Positions 38,577 through 46,924 of a stretch of 64,000 bases of DNA are shown here, piece by piece. The notes under the pieces are model-generated. The model made no database searches and was not told the DNA's origin. It was given only the letters and a program-made list of their open reading frames with translations. The stretch's first letter is position 1, and every line of letters starts with the position of its first letter. This DNA is from an uncultured delta proteobacterium (GTDB taxonomy: Bacteria; Myxococcota; Myxococcia; Myxococcales; Myxococcaceae): positions 448,001-512,000 of the forward strand of contig CAVQKE010000004.1 in the NCBI GenBank assembly GCA_963713045.1, in the 5' to 3' direction. Made by a program: the position numbers and the translations under genes.

Positions 38577-39443
38577 ATGACGTCCCTGGCGGCAGTTCTC
38601 CTCACGCTGACCAACGGTGCCTTTCCCGGCGCCTATCCCGCAGACCAGGAGGTCATCGGCTCTCCCCAGACGCACCTGGTGGCGGAGGACGAATCGCTCA
38701 TCGAAATCGCCCGAAGTTACGACCTTGGCTACAACGCCATCGTCGCGGCGAACCCGACGCTCGATCCTTTCGTCCCCGGAACAGGGAAGACGGTGGAGGT
38801 GCCGACGGCGTGGATACTCCCACGGGCAGCGGCGCCCGGGAGGCTGGTGGTCAACCTGTCGGAGCTGCGACTGTATTTCTTCGCGCCGCCCGGCCGAAAT
38901 GACCCGGGCTGGGTGGTCACCTTTCCCATCGGCATCGGTGACGAGGGGGCAGAAACACCCCTCGGGAAGTTTCAGGTCGTCGCCCGGGAGCACAATCCGG
39001 TCTGGCGGGTTCCGCTCTCCATCCAGCGTGAAGAGCCGGGCACTCCCGCCCGAGTGCCACCGGGACCCGACAACCCGCTCGGCACCCATGCTCTGGTGCT
39101 GTCAGGTCCATCCATTCTCATCCATGGCACCAACAAACCCTGGGGCGTCGGCCGGCGGGTCAGTCACGGCTGTCTGCGCCTCTATCCGGAGGACATCCCA
39201 TGGCTTTATGGGCTGGTCCACATCGGGACCGACGTCATCATCGAGCGAGAGCCGGTGAAAGTCGGGCTGCACAACAACCGGGTGTACGTCGAGGTACACG
39301 CTGATGAAGAAGCCCCGCCCGACGAGGCCGCTATCGCCAAGCGACTTTTCGCCGGCAGGGGCTTACTCAGGCGCGTAAGCCCAAGCAAGCTCCGGGCGGC
39401 GCTGCAGCAGCAGAGCGGGATGCCAGTCGATGTAACCCGCTGA
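38577..39443 (+). CDS. L,D-transpeptidase (ErfK/YbiS/YcfS family, LysM-like plus YkuD)
   Basis: L..IAR.YDLG...I..ANP, FPIGIG, VPPGPDNPLG, IHGTN, catalytic SHGCLRL. Confidence 0.93.
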   Translation: MTSLAAVLLTLTNGAFPGAYPADQEVIGSPQTHLVAEDESLIEIARSYDLGYNAIVAANPTLDPFVPGTGKTVEVPTAWILPRAAAPGRLVVNLSELRLYFFAPPGRNDPGWVVTFPIGIGDEGAETPLGKFQVVAREHNPVWRVPLSIQREEPGTPARVPPGPDNPLGTHALVLSGPSILIHGTNKPWGVGRRVSHGCLRLYPEDIPWLYGLVHIGTDVIIEREPVKVGLHNNRVYVEVHADEEAPPDEAAIAKRLFAGRGLLRRVSPSKLRAALQQQSGMPVDVTR

Positions 39444-39466
39444 CCTCCCGCGTCGGTTGTCGAGTT

Positions 39467-39787
39467 CTACTTCTTCTGGTGAAGCGTGAACGCCTTGGTC
39501 GACCTGGAGGCAGCGGCTTCAGCGCGGTCCGCAGCAGCCTGTGCCTTCATGGCCGCATCCTGAGCCGCTTGGACGGCGGCCTTGTTGTCAGCAATTGAAG
39601 CCTTGATTGACTGGATGTCGGCTGTCTGCGCGGCGCTTTGCTTCTGGAGGTCGGCGAGCTGCGACTCGACCTTTGACAGCCGGTCGTTAATCGGGTCGAT
39701 CTGCTTCTTCACGTACTCTTCATTGACGCCGCAGCCGCTCACCAGGAGGGCGAACATCGCGGCACCCACTGCCACCAGTCGCTTCAT
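39467..39787 (-). CDS. Lpp/OprI-like alanine-zipper lipoprotein
   Basis: Lipobox LVSG-C, heptad coiled coil, AQAAADRAEAAA zipper, C-terminal KK. Confidence 0.78.
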   Translation of the reverse strand: MKRLVAVGAAMFALLVSGCGVNEEYVKKQIDPINDRLSKVESQLADLQKQSAAQTADIQSIKASIADNKAAVQAAQDAAMKAQAAADRAEAAASRSTKAFTLHQKK

Positions 39788-40144
39788 CGTGCTCCATCCT
39801 TTCCGTAAGACTGCTAAGGAGGGATTACCTGTTCGCGGCGAAGCCGTCCAGCGCTGGTCGTCATCGGCGCCAAGATTGGTCGCTTTGGGCCATCTCCGCA
39901 CAAGCGTTCAGACCCTCTGGACACACTCGATGCTCATGTTTGGGGTGCGCAGCGTCGGCAGCCGCTGGAGGTCGCCTACCGGCACCACCCCGACTTCCCG
40001 ACGACCCCGGCGTCGGGTGGCACAGACGCGCCACAAGGCAGTGGCCTGCGGTCTCTGTCGGGCACGGAGGCGCCGAGCCCTGGGTCAGTCCCAGCGATGT
40101 TCAGCCTGTGCCGGTGGCGGCCTTCGGGTTACAGAGACACTCCA

Positions 40145-41062
40145 ATGTCGATTCCCAGCATGGTGGTGGGCACCTCGCACATCGGCACAGTCCTGCCGGA
40201 CGAGCTCACTTCGAAAACCCTCCGCGCGAGGACCCTCCGTTATCTGGACGCGCTGGTCGACGCCGGCTGCACCGCCTTTGACTTGGCCGCCTCCTACCAA
40301 GTCGGTGGGACTGAAAGGATGTTTGGGAAATGGCTTGCATCGCGCAGAGACAGGGACCGCATCTTCCTCATTGGCAAGGGCGCCCATCCGTACCCTGTCA
40401 TTCGTCCTAACCGCCTCAATGGCGAAGCCATCGCGGCGGATTTGGATGCCACCCTCAAAAGGCTGGGAATTCAAAGGCTCGACCTGTATTTGATGCATCG
40501 CGACTCTCCGGGCGCGCCGCTCGAGCCAGTCGTTGCAGCGCTGGCCGCCGCGAGACAGGCTGGAAAAATCCTCGGTTGGGGAGTTTCGAACTGGACTCAC
40601 GAACGAATTCAGGCAATCGATGCCGTTGCACGCCGGGCGGGATTGCCCCCGATGGAGGCCAGTAGTCCGCATTTCTCTCTTGCGGACTGGGTCCGCCCAC
40701 CCTGGCCAGGCTCGGTCAGCATCGCCGGGCCTGCAAACCGTGAAGCGCGTAGTTTCTACCAGCGGTCTCAACTGCATGTGCTGGCGTGGTCCCCGTTGGC
40801 CTCAGGATTTCTCTCGTCCGGCGCTAGCAGCCGCACCTACGCTAGTCCCGCCAACATCGCCCGAAGACAGCGGCTGCAGGCACTGGCAAACCAACGGGGA
40901 GTCACGCCGTCCCAGCTTGGCCTCGCCTATCTGCTCAACCAGCCGTTTCCGGTGTCGCCCGTGGTTTCTGCAAGCACCGTCGAAAAGATGCGCGCCAATC
41001 TCGAAGCAGTCGCAATCCACCTTTCCCCCTCCGAGATTCTTGAGTTAGAGGGAGAGGGGTAG
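40145..41062 (+). CDS. Aldo/keto reductase
   Basis: FDLAASY (Asp/Tyr), GKG (Lys), DLYLMHRD (His), GVSNW, AWSPLASG. Confidence 0.88.
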   Translation: MSIPSMVVGTSHIGTVLPDELTSKTLRARTLRYLDALVDAGCTAFDLAASYQVGGTERMFGKWLASRRDRDRIFLIGKGAHPYPVIRPNRLNGEAIAADLDATLKRLGIQRLDLYLMHRDSPGAPLEPVVAALAAARQAGKILGWGVSNWTHERIQAIDAVARRAGLPPMEASSPHFSLADWVRPPWPGSVSIAGPANREARSFYQRSQLHVLAWSPLASGFLSSGASSRTYASPANIARRQRLQALANQRGVTPSQLGLAYLLNQPFPVSPVVSASTVEKMRANLEAVAIHLSPSEILELEGEG

Positions 41063-42709
41063 ATGCAAGCCGATCTCTGGGATGCCATCGTTGTTGGATC
41101 AGGTGCGACCGGCGGCGTGGCCGCCCAAAAGCTCACCGCGGCTGGTCTGCGGGTGTTGATGCTTGAGGCGGGTACCCCGGTTCGCGGTCGAGGCGACTAC
41201 GGCTCTTTTCTTACGAACGGTACCAAGCAGCTGTACCGCCATTTCGTGTCGCATCGCCAGCAGGTCCAGAAGAGTCATCCCACCTATTGGGCGACCAACC
41301 CGGACTTCTTCGTGGATGACTTAGACAACCCCTACAGCACGCCAAGTGACAAGCCGTTTCGTTGGATTCGGTCACGACGGGTCGGGGGTCGGTCGCTCGT
41401 CTGGGACGCGGTCACCCCTCGCTTTTCCGACTTCGACTTCAAAGCGGCGAGCCGAGATGGCTTTGGGCCAGACTGGCCCATCAGCCACGGCGACCTCGCT
41501 CCCTACTACTCAGAGCTTGAGGTTTTTTTCGGAGTTCATGGCTCTCGGGACGGTCTGCCGCAAATCCCGGACGGCGAATTTCTGGAGCCCCGTCCGATGA
41601 CGCCGGCAGAACTCGTCTTCAAAGCGCGGGTGGAGCGCGCCTTTGGTGACCGGAACGTCATTATCTCGCGCGGCCTGTTCGCCCGACGACCCCCTGACCG
41701 TGGCGAGTCGCTGTCTCGAATCTCCAGTCCGGCCACAACGCTTCGGGCAGCGCAAGCGACGGGGCGGCTGACCCTCCGCACCGGCGCCGTAGCAGCCCGC
41801 GTCCTCGTCGACGCAGACGGAACGCGCGCCACTGGAGTCGAGTTCGTCGACGCCGTTACCAAACGAACCGAAGAGGTGCGGGCGCCTCTGGTCTTTCTTT
41901 GTGCGTCCACGCTCGAGAGCGTGCGAATCCTGATGAATTCAAAAACCCCCACGCACCCGCAGGGCATTGGCGCCTCGTCCGGCGTGCTTGGGCGCTACAT
42001 CATGGACCACAGCGCGGGCAACGTTTACTTCTACATGCCCGACGTCCCCGACACCGGGGGCCCCTTTGAGCTGATGGGAAGCGACAGCATCATGATTCCG
42101 CGCTACCAGAACCTGGGCCCGAAGAAAGAGCCCTACCTGAGAGGCTTCGGCATCTGGGGCGGCATCCAGCGGCTACCCGTCCCTTCGTTCTTGAGACGGC
42201 ATCCTGGGGTGGCGTTCGGATTCCTCTGTGCCCGGTCAGAGACGCTGCCCCATTACGACAATCGAATCGAGATTGACCCCGAGTTGCGCGACAAATGGGG
42301 CATCCCGGCGGCACACATCGTCTGCGAGTGGAAGCCAGAGGACCTCGCGCTAGCCAGGGCTGGCCGTCAGGCGGCAAAGGAAATCGTCGAAGCAGCCGGT
42401 GGAAAGTGCGTGGAAGTGACCGAAATTTTCTACACCCCGTTTGTCAAAGGCCACATTCAAGAGATGCAGAAGGAGTGGACTCTCTCCACCCCGGGCATGT
42501 TTGTTCATGAGGTCGGCGGCGCGCGGATGGGCACCGACCCCCAAAATTCCGTGCTCGATTCGCTTTGCCGGTGTTGGGAGGCGCGCAACTTGTACGTCAC
42601 GGACGGGGCCTGTTGGCCTACCTCGGGCTGGCAGAACCCAACGCTCACGGAGATGGCCATCACGGCGCGTGCCTGCGACCACGCGGTCCAAGAACTCAAG
42701 CGCTCGTAA
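41063..42709 (+). CDS. GMC family oxidoreductase
   Basis: VVGSGATGG, VGGRS, GVLGRYIMDH, HEVGGARMG, QNPTLT.MA. Confidence 0.92.
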   Translation: MQADLWDAIVVGSGATGGVAAQKLTAAGLRVLMLEAGTPVRGRGDYGSFLTNGTKQLYRHFVSHRQQVQKSHPTYWATNPDFFVDDLDNPYSTPSDKPFRWIRSRRVGGRSLVWDAVTPRFSDFDFKAASRDGFGPDWPISHGDLAPYYSELEVFFGVHGSRDGLPQIPDGEFLEPRPMTPAELVFKARVERAFGDRNVIISRGLFARRPPDRGESLSRISSPATTLRAAQATGRLTLRTGAVAARVLVDADGTRATGVEFVDAVTKRTEEVRAPLVFLCASTLESVRILMNSKTPTHPQGIGASSGVLGRYIMDHSAGNVYFYMPDVPDTGGPFELMGSDSIMIPRYQNLGPKKEPYLRGFGIWGGIQRLPVPSFLRRHPGVAFGFLCARSETLPHYDNRIEIDPELRDKWGIPAAHIVCEWKPEDLALARAGRQAAKEIVEAAGGKCVEVTEIFYTPFVKGHIQEMQKEWTLSTPGMFVHEVGGARMGTDPQNSVLDSLCRCWEARNLYVTDGACWPTSGWQNPTLTEMAITARACDHAVQELKRS

Positions 42710-43281
42710 CGTCCCCCTCTCTCTCAACAGTTTAAGAGATGATAGGTCACAGCTCGCATGCGGACCGACTGTCCCACCCAGGCCGGCTCGTGCTCATCCG
42801 GGATTGCCCAATCCCCGAATGGGTTTGGCTGCCGTATGGCTTGGTGCCGTTTCCCCTCTGGGGTGTCAGCTAAAAAGGCGAGCCAGTTGACGGGCTGATT
42901 CACGGGCATCCGGAAGTGGTGCCGTCCGGGCCCGTGGTTGTCGGCAGCCACACCGGCGGTCGCTAGGGCAACGCTGAGGGCAACGCTAGGGCGCCATGCG
43001 TCTTGGGGGCTAGGCCCAGGACGCACTGCTGGTTGTGGTTGGACACACTCGGCCACCTCCCCGCAGTCGAAAACCTGTTTGAGGCGGACTGGGTCAGTGC
43101 CGGTGAGAGAATTCGTGCCCTCCAGGCGTCTTAATTAAGGACCCAAAGCGACCGAGCGCTGGGAAGTAGGTCTCTTCACAGCAGGGCCGGCGGAGGCTGC
43201 TTCGGATTGAGCGGCCACGCCGCTGTCGAGGCGTCGTGGTGACGCTCGTCTTAACCGGGTTAGACCCCCGAGGGGAGAGTC

Positions 43282-44634
43282 ATGAGAGGTCTTCACAGGT
43301 TAGCGCCGCAGCAGGCCGGAAATCGGGCTCGTCTCATCCAACTGCTTGTCGTCGCCGTGTCGGCGCTGGCGCTCGTCTGTTGTTCTCCAAGCACCCAGCC
43401 GCCGGTTCTGGACACTGGTAAGGCTACGGCGACCATCGAACTCGTCCCCACCGGGACAAGGTGCATCGCCATCTCCGTCGTCGGGCCCACCGCCGGGTCC
43501 GCCCCTGTCACCTTTCCTTTCGACGTGGGGCCGCAAGGCAACTCCGTGTTCGCGCTGGTGACGCTGCCGCTCGGGAGCGATACCTTTAGCGCCAACTCCT
43601 ATTCGGTAGCTTGTGCGCAGAGCGCAGGGGCGACGCCGACATATTCCAGCGACTCGGTCGTCGCGACGGTCACCGCGGATGTGCCGGTCACCATAACGCT
43701 CCAAATGAGTAACGGGGGCGAGGGCAACGTTGGTATTCAGTTTCCTTCCCCAGGCAACGCCGTCACCGAGTTCCCGGTCCCCACCGCAAAAAGCCGCCCC
43801 TCGAGCATCGCCGCAGGGCCCGACGGCAACCTCTGGTTCACCGAACAAGTCGGAGACAACATCGGCCGGATTACGCCCGACGGCACCATCACCGAGTTCG
43901 TCATCCCCACAGCAAACAGCAATTCCCAAAACATCGCGGCAGGGCCCGACGGCAACCTCTGGTTCACCGAGTATTTTGGAAACAACATCGGCCGAATTAC
44001 GCCGAGCGGCACCATTACCGAGTTCGTCATCCCCACCGCAAGAAGCTATCCCTTGGGCATCGCGGCAGGGCCCGACGGCAACCTCTGGTTCACCGAGTCT
44101 GGTGGAAATAAAATCGGACGCGTTACGCCTGGCGGCACTATCAGCGAGTCCGGCATCCCCACAGCGAGCAGCAACCCATACGGCATCGCCGTCGGCTCCG
44201 ACGGCGACCTCTGGTTCACCGAAGAGTCAGGAAACAACATCGGACGCAAATCGACTGGCGGTGGCATCACCGAGTTCCCTGTCCCAAACGGCGGTCCCCA
44301 AGGCATCGCCGCCGGCTCCGACGGCAACCTCTGGTACACCGACGGAAACACCATCGGCCTCATCAGCCCGGACAACCCCCTGAGCATTCAATGGTTTGTT
44401 GTCCCCACAGCAAACAGCACTCCCATAGGCATCGCAGCTGGCCCCGATGGCAACCTCTGGTTCACCGAATTGTCAGGAAACAACATCGGACGCGTTACAC
44501 CTGCCGGCATCATGACTGAGTTCCCAGTCCCCACCTCGGGCTGCACGCCCGGGGGAATCGCCGCCGGCCCGGACGGCAACCTCTGGTTCACCGAATTGTC
44601 AGGAAACAACATCGGACGCATCACCACCTTCTAA
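43282..44634 (+). CDS. Putative lipoprotein: one two-Cys beta domain plus a Vgb-like 7-bladed beta-propeller
   Basis: Hydrophobic signal ending LALVC-C and seven G(P/S)DG(N/D)LW(F/Y)T repeats of about 42 aa. Confidence 0.85.
   Translation: MRGLHRLAPQQAGNRARLIQLLVVAVSALALVCCSPSTQPPVLDTGKATATIELVPTGTRCIAISVVGPTAGSAPVTFPFDVGPQGNSVFALVTLPLGSDTFSANSYSVACAQSAGATPTYSSDSVVATVTADVPVTITLQMSNGGEGNVGIQFPSPGNAVTEFPVPTAKSRPSSIAAGPDGNLWFTEQVGDNIGRITPDGTITEFVIPTANSNSQNIAAGPDGNLWFTEYFGNNIGRITPSGTITEFVIPTARSYPLGIAAGPDGNLWFTESGGNKIGRVTPGGTISESGIPTASSNPYGIAVGSDGDLWFTEESGNNIGRKSTGGGITEFPVPNGGPQGIAAGSDGNLWYTDGNTIGLISPDNPLSIQWFVVPTANSTPIGIAAGPDGNLWFTELSGNNIGRVTPAGIMTEFPVPTSGCTPGGIAAGPDGNLWFTELSGNNIGRITTF
43760..44630 (+). 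repeat. Intragenic tandem repeats of about 126 bp (propeller blades)
   Basis: GACGGCAACCTCTGGTTCACCGA recurs, and an identical 45-mer sits at 44449-44493 and 44575-44619. Confidence 0.9.
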
Positions 44635-44639
44635 CGGCG

Positions 44640-46547
44640 ATGCGGGCAAGAGCTCCTAATGCCGTAAGGTTGGCAGGGGTTTGCCTTGGCGTCCTGACTG
44701 CTTGCTTCCCGCAAGAAAATCAGCTCCACCTCCTGGGGCGCGCGGGTGTGCAGGTTAAGTTCGCCCCGACAGGAGTGGGCTGCGTGGTCATTGGGGTGGT
44801 CGGCGTCGCAACCGTCACACAACAGTTCGATGTCGCTCCACAGGGCAACACCGTATTTGCCCTCGACGAGCTGCCGCTTGGGAGCGATACCTTCACCGCA
44901 AAGGCGTATTCAGTACCGTGCTCGCAGAGCGCGGCCGCAACCGCGACTTATGTCAGCAACCCGGCCGTCGCGACGGTCACCGCGGATGTGCCAGTCAGTG
45001 TCACGCTTAACATGAGCAGCGGGGCGGACGGGACCGTTCGGGTTGAGTTTCCAGCCGGGACGCTGGCGCCCATTGGAGTCGCTTGCATCATCGCCCAGGC
45101 GCTCGGAACAACCACGGTTGCCTATCCGTTTGACGTCGCACCGGAGAGCGAAACGGTGTTCGCGCTTCAGGGGTTGCCTCTCGGAAGCGACACTTTCAGT
45201 GCCCAGGCGTTCCCTGTGCCGTGTGCTTCGGCGGCAGCAGCCACTGCGAATTGGGCGAGCAGTGCGGTGACGACCACCGTCGACGCAGGTCTCCCGGCGA
45301 GCGTCACCCTCACCATGGCGCCAGTCTTGCCTGGCGGGGAGACAGTGCGAGTTGAGTTTCCACCCATCGTCACCCAGTTCTCGCTGCCCACTGCGAATGC
45401 TACGCCCACGGGCATGAGCGCAGGTCCGGATGGCAACCTTTGGTTCACAGAACAGAACCCATCCGGCAACAACATTGGGCGCATCACGCCCGACGGCATC
45501 ATCACCGAGTTTCCCATTCCCACGGCGAGCAGCTACCCCGAGAGCATCACAGCAGGCCCCGACGGCAACCTTTGGTTCACTGAGGAGAACCGCGGCAAAA
45601 TTGGGCGCATCACGCCGCTCGGCACCATTACCGAGTTCGTCATCCCGGGTACAACCTACGGGGTGAACCCGTATGGTATCGGGACCGGTCCGGACGGCAA
45701 CCTCTGGTTCACTGGGACCGGGGTCAACACTGGCCTGGCCTACGTTGGGCGCATCACGCCGCAGGCCACCTTCACCCTGTTTGTACTTCCAACCGTCAGC
45801 GCCAGGCCCGAGAGCATCGCGGCAGGCCCGGACGGCAACCTCTGGTTCACCGAGTATGCCCCCAATAAAATCGGGACCATCTCACCCACAACCGGCACCA
45901 TCACCGAGTACTCGGGCCAGGGCATCAATGGACCCATCAGCATTACTGCGGGACCAGACGGCAACCTCTGGTTCGGCGAATTGAACTCCGTCGGCACCAT
46001 CACCACCGGCGGTTTGGTCCTCTACCAATATCCGGACTGCACCGCCTGTCAGGTGGAGGGCATCGTCACAGGACCAGACGGCAACCTCTGGTTCACCGAC
46101 TTCGGCGCCGGCGACGGCGACATTGGGATGCTGACGACGAATGACACCGGCACCAAGTTCCCCCTCTCCTCAAGCACCGGCGCACTCGGGCCCTATGGCA
46201 TCGCGGTCAGCTCGGACGGTAACCTCTGGTTCACGGAATACGACGCGAATGCCATCGGTCGCATCAGTCTGCCACCGGTGGTTGCGCCAGCCGGAGTGGC
46301 TTGTGTCGTGGTGCAGGTCTTCCCCAGTGTTGGGAACAGTTCCACCTATTCGTTCGACGTCAGCCCCGGAAGCAGCACGGTGTTCACTCTTTCGGGCCTG
46401 CCACCTGGCACCGCCTTCATCGCCGCCAACGCATACGCGGTGCCGTGTGCGCAAACCGCCGGAGCCACCGCGACCTATGCGGGCGGCATCTCGACCACCA
46501 TCCCCGCCGGGCCGGCGAGCGTGTCGTTGCAGCTCGTGGCACAATGA
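44640..46547 (+). CDS. Putative lipoprotein: three two-Cys beta domains flanking a Vgb-like 7-bladed beta-propeller
   Basis: Lipobox VLTA-C, seven GPDGNLWF-type repeats, two copies of the roughly 95-aa domain before the propeller and one after. Confidence 0.85.
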   Translation: MRARAPNAVRLAGVCLGVLTACFPQENQLHLLGRAGVQVKFAPTGVGCVVIGVVGVATVTQQFDVAPQGNTVFALDELPLGSDTFTAKAYSVPCSQSAAATATYVSNPAVATVTADVPVSVTLNMSSGADGTVRVEFPAGTLAPIGVACIIAQALGTTTVAYPFDVAPESETVFALQGLPLGSDTFSAQAFPVPCASAAAATANWASSAVTTTVDAGLPASVTLTMAPVLPGGETVRVEFPPIVTQFSLPTANATPTGMSAGPDGNLWFTEQNPSGNNIGRITPDGIITEFPIPTASSYPESITAGPDGNLWFTEENRGKIGRITPLGTITEFVIPGTTYGVNPYGIGTGPDGNLWFTGTGVNTGLAYVGRITPQATFTLFVLPTVSARPESIAAGPDGNLWFTEYAPNKIGTISPTTGTITEYSGQGINGPISITAGPDGNLWFGELNSVGTITTGGLVLYQYPDCTACQVEGIVTGPDGNLWFTDFGAGDGDIGMLTTNDTGTKFPLSSSTGALGPYGIAVSSDGNLWFTEYDANAIGRISLPPVVAPAGVACVVVQVFPSVGNSSTYSFDVSPGSSTVFTLSGLPPGTAFIAANAYAVPCAQTAGATATYAGGISTTIPAGPASVSLQLVAQ

Positions 46548-46924
46548 CCGGGCCGTCGGAAAGCGTCAGGTGCCAATCGCTTCTGCGGTGTTGCTCGGGG
46601 CGGGGCGCCACGGCGACGACTGACAGAAACGTAGCAACCTCCAGCGTCTCGCCAATTCATGCTCCGTGCGTGTAACGGCGTCCCCGGAATGAGGTTCAAA
46701 GCGACATGCCGGCGTCGCGGACGCGCCCGGCGTGCGCTGGCTGAACTCACGACGCCCCGGACGGCCCGAAACGGCTGGCTACGTCAACCACGGCGCCAAC
46801 GAGGCCCCTCCTTCCGGGCGTCCATGCGGCCCTCAGAAACCCCGGAAAACGCATGGACTGGTTGACTGCTGATTGACGTGGGGTGCCGAAAAGTGCAGCA
46901 CTCCAGCGACCTCAACAGACCAAC

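Noticed and set aside
40018..40031. Sigma54 promoter upstream of the AKR gene
   Set aside because: TGGCAC is present but the -12 element reads GCGC rather than TTGC, which is too weak to call.
42724..43138. Small ORFs in the GMC-propeller intergenic gap
   Set aside because: They have no SD, no motifs and atypical codon usage, so I treated the gap as non-coding.
43760..46270. CRISPR array or DGR template/variable repeats
   Set aside because: The repeats are in-frame protein blades of about 126 nt. No cas or reverse transcriptase gene is present, and I saw no adenine-specific mismatch pattern.
43282..46547. Virginiamycin B lyase resistance genes
   Set aside because: The proteins have export/lipoprotein signals and extra domains, and no His in the blade loops. 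Only the fold is shared.
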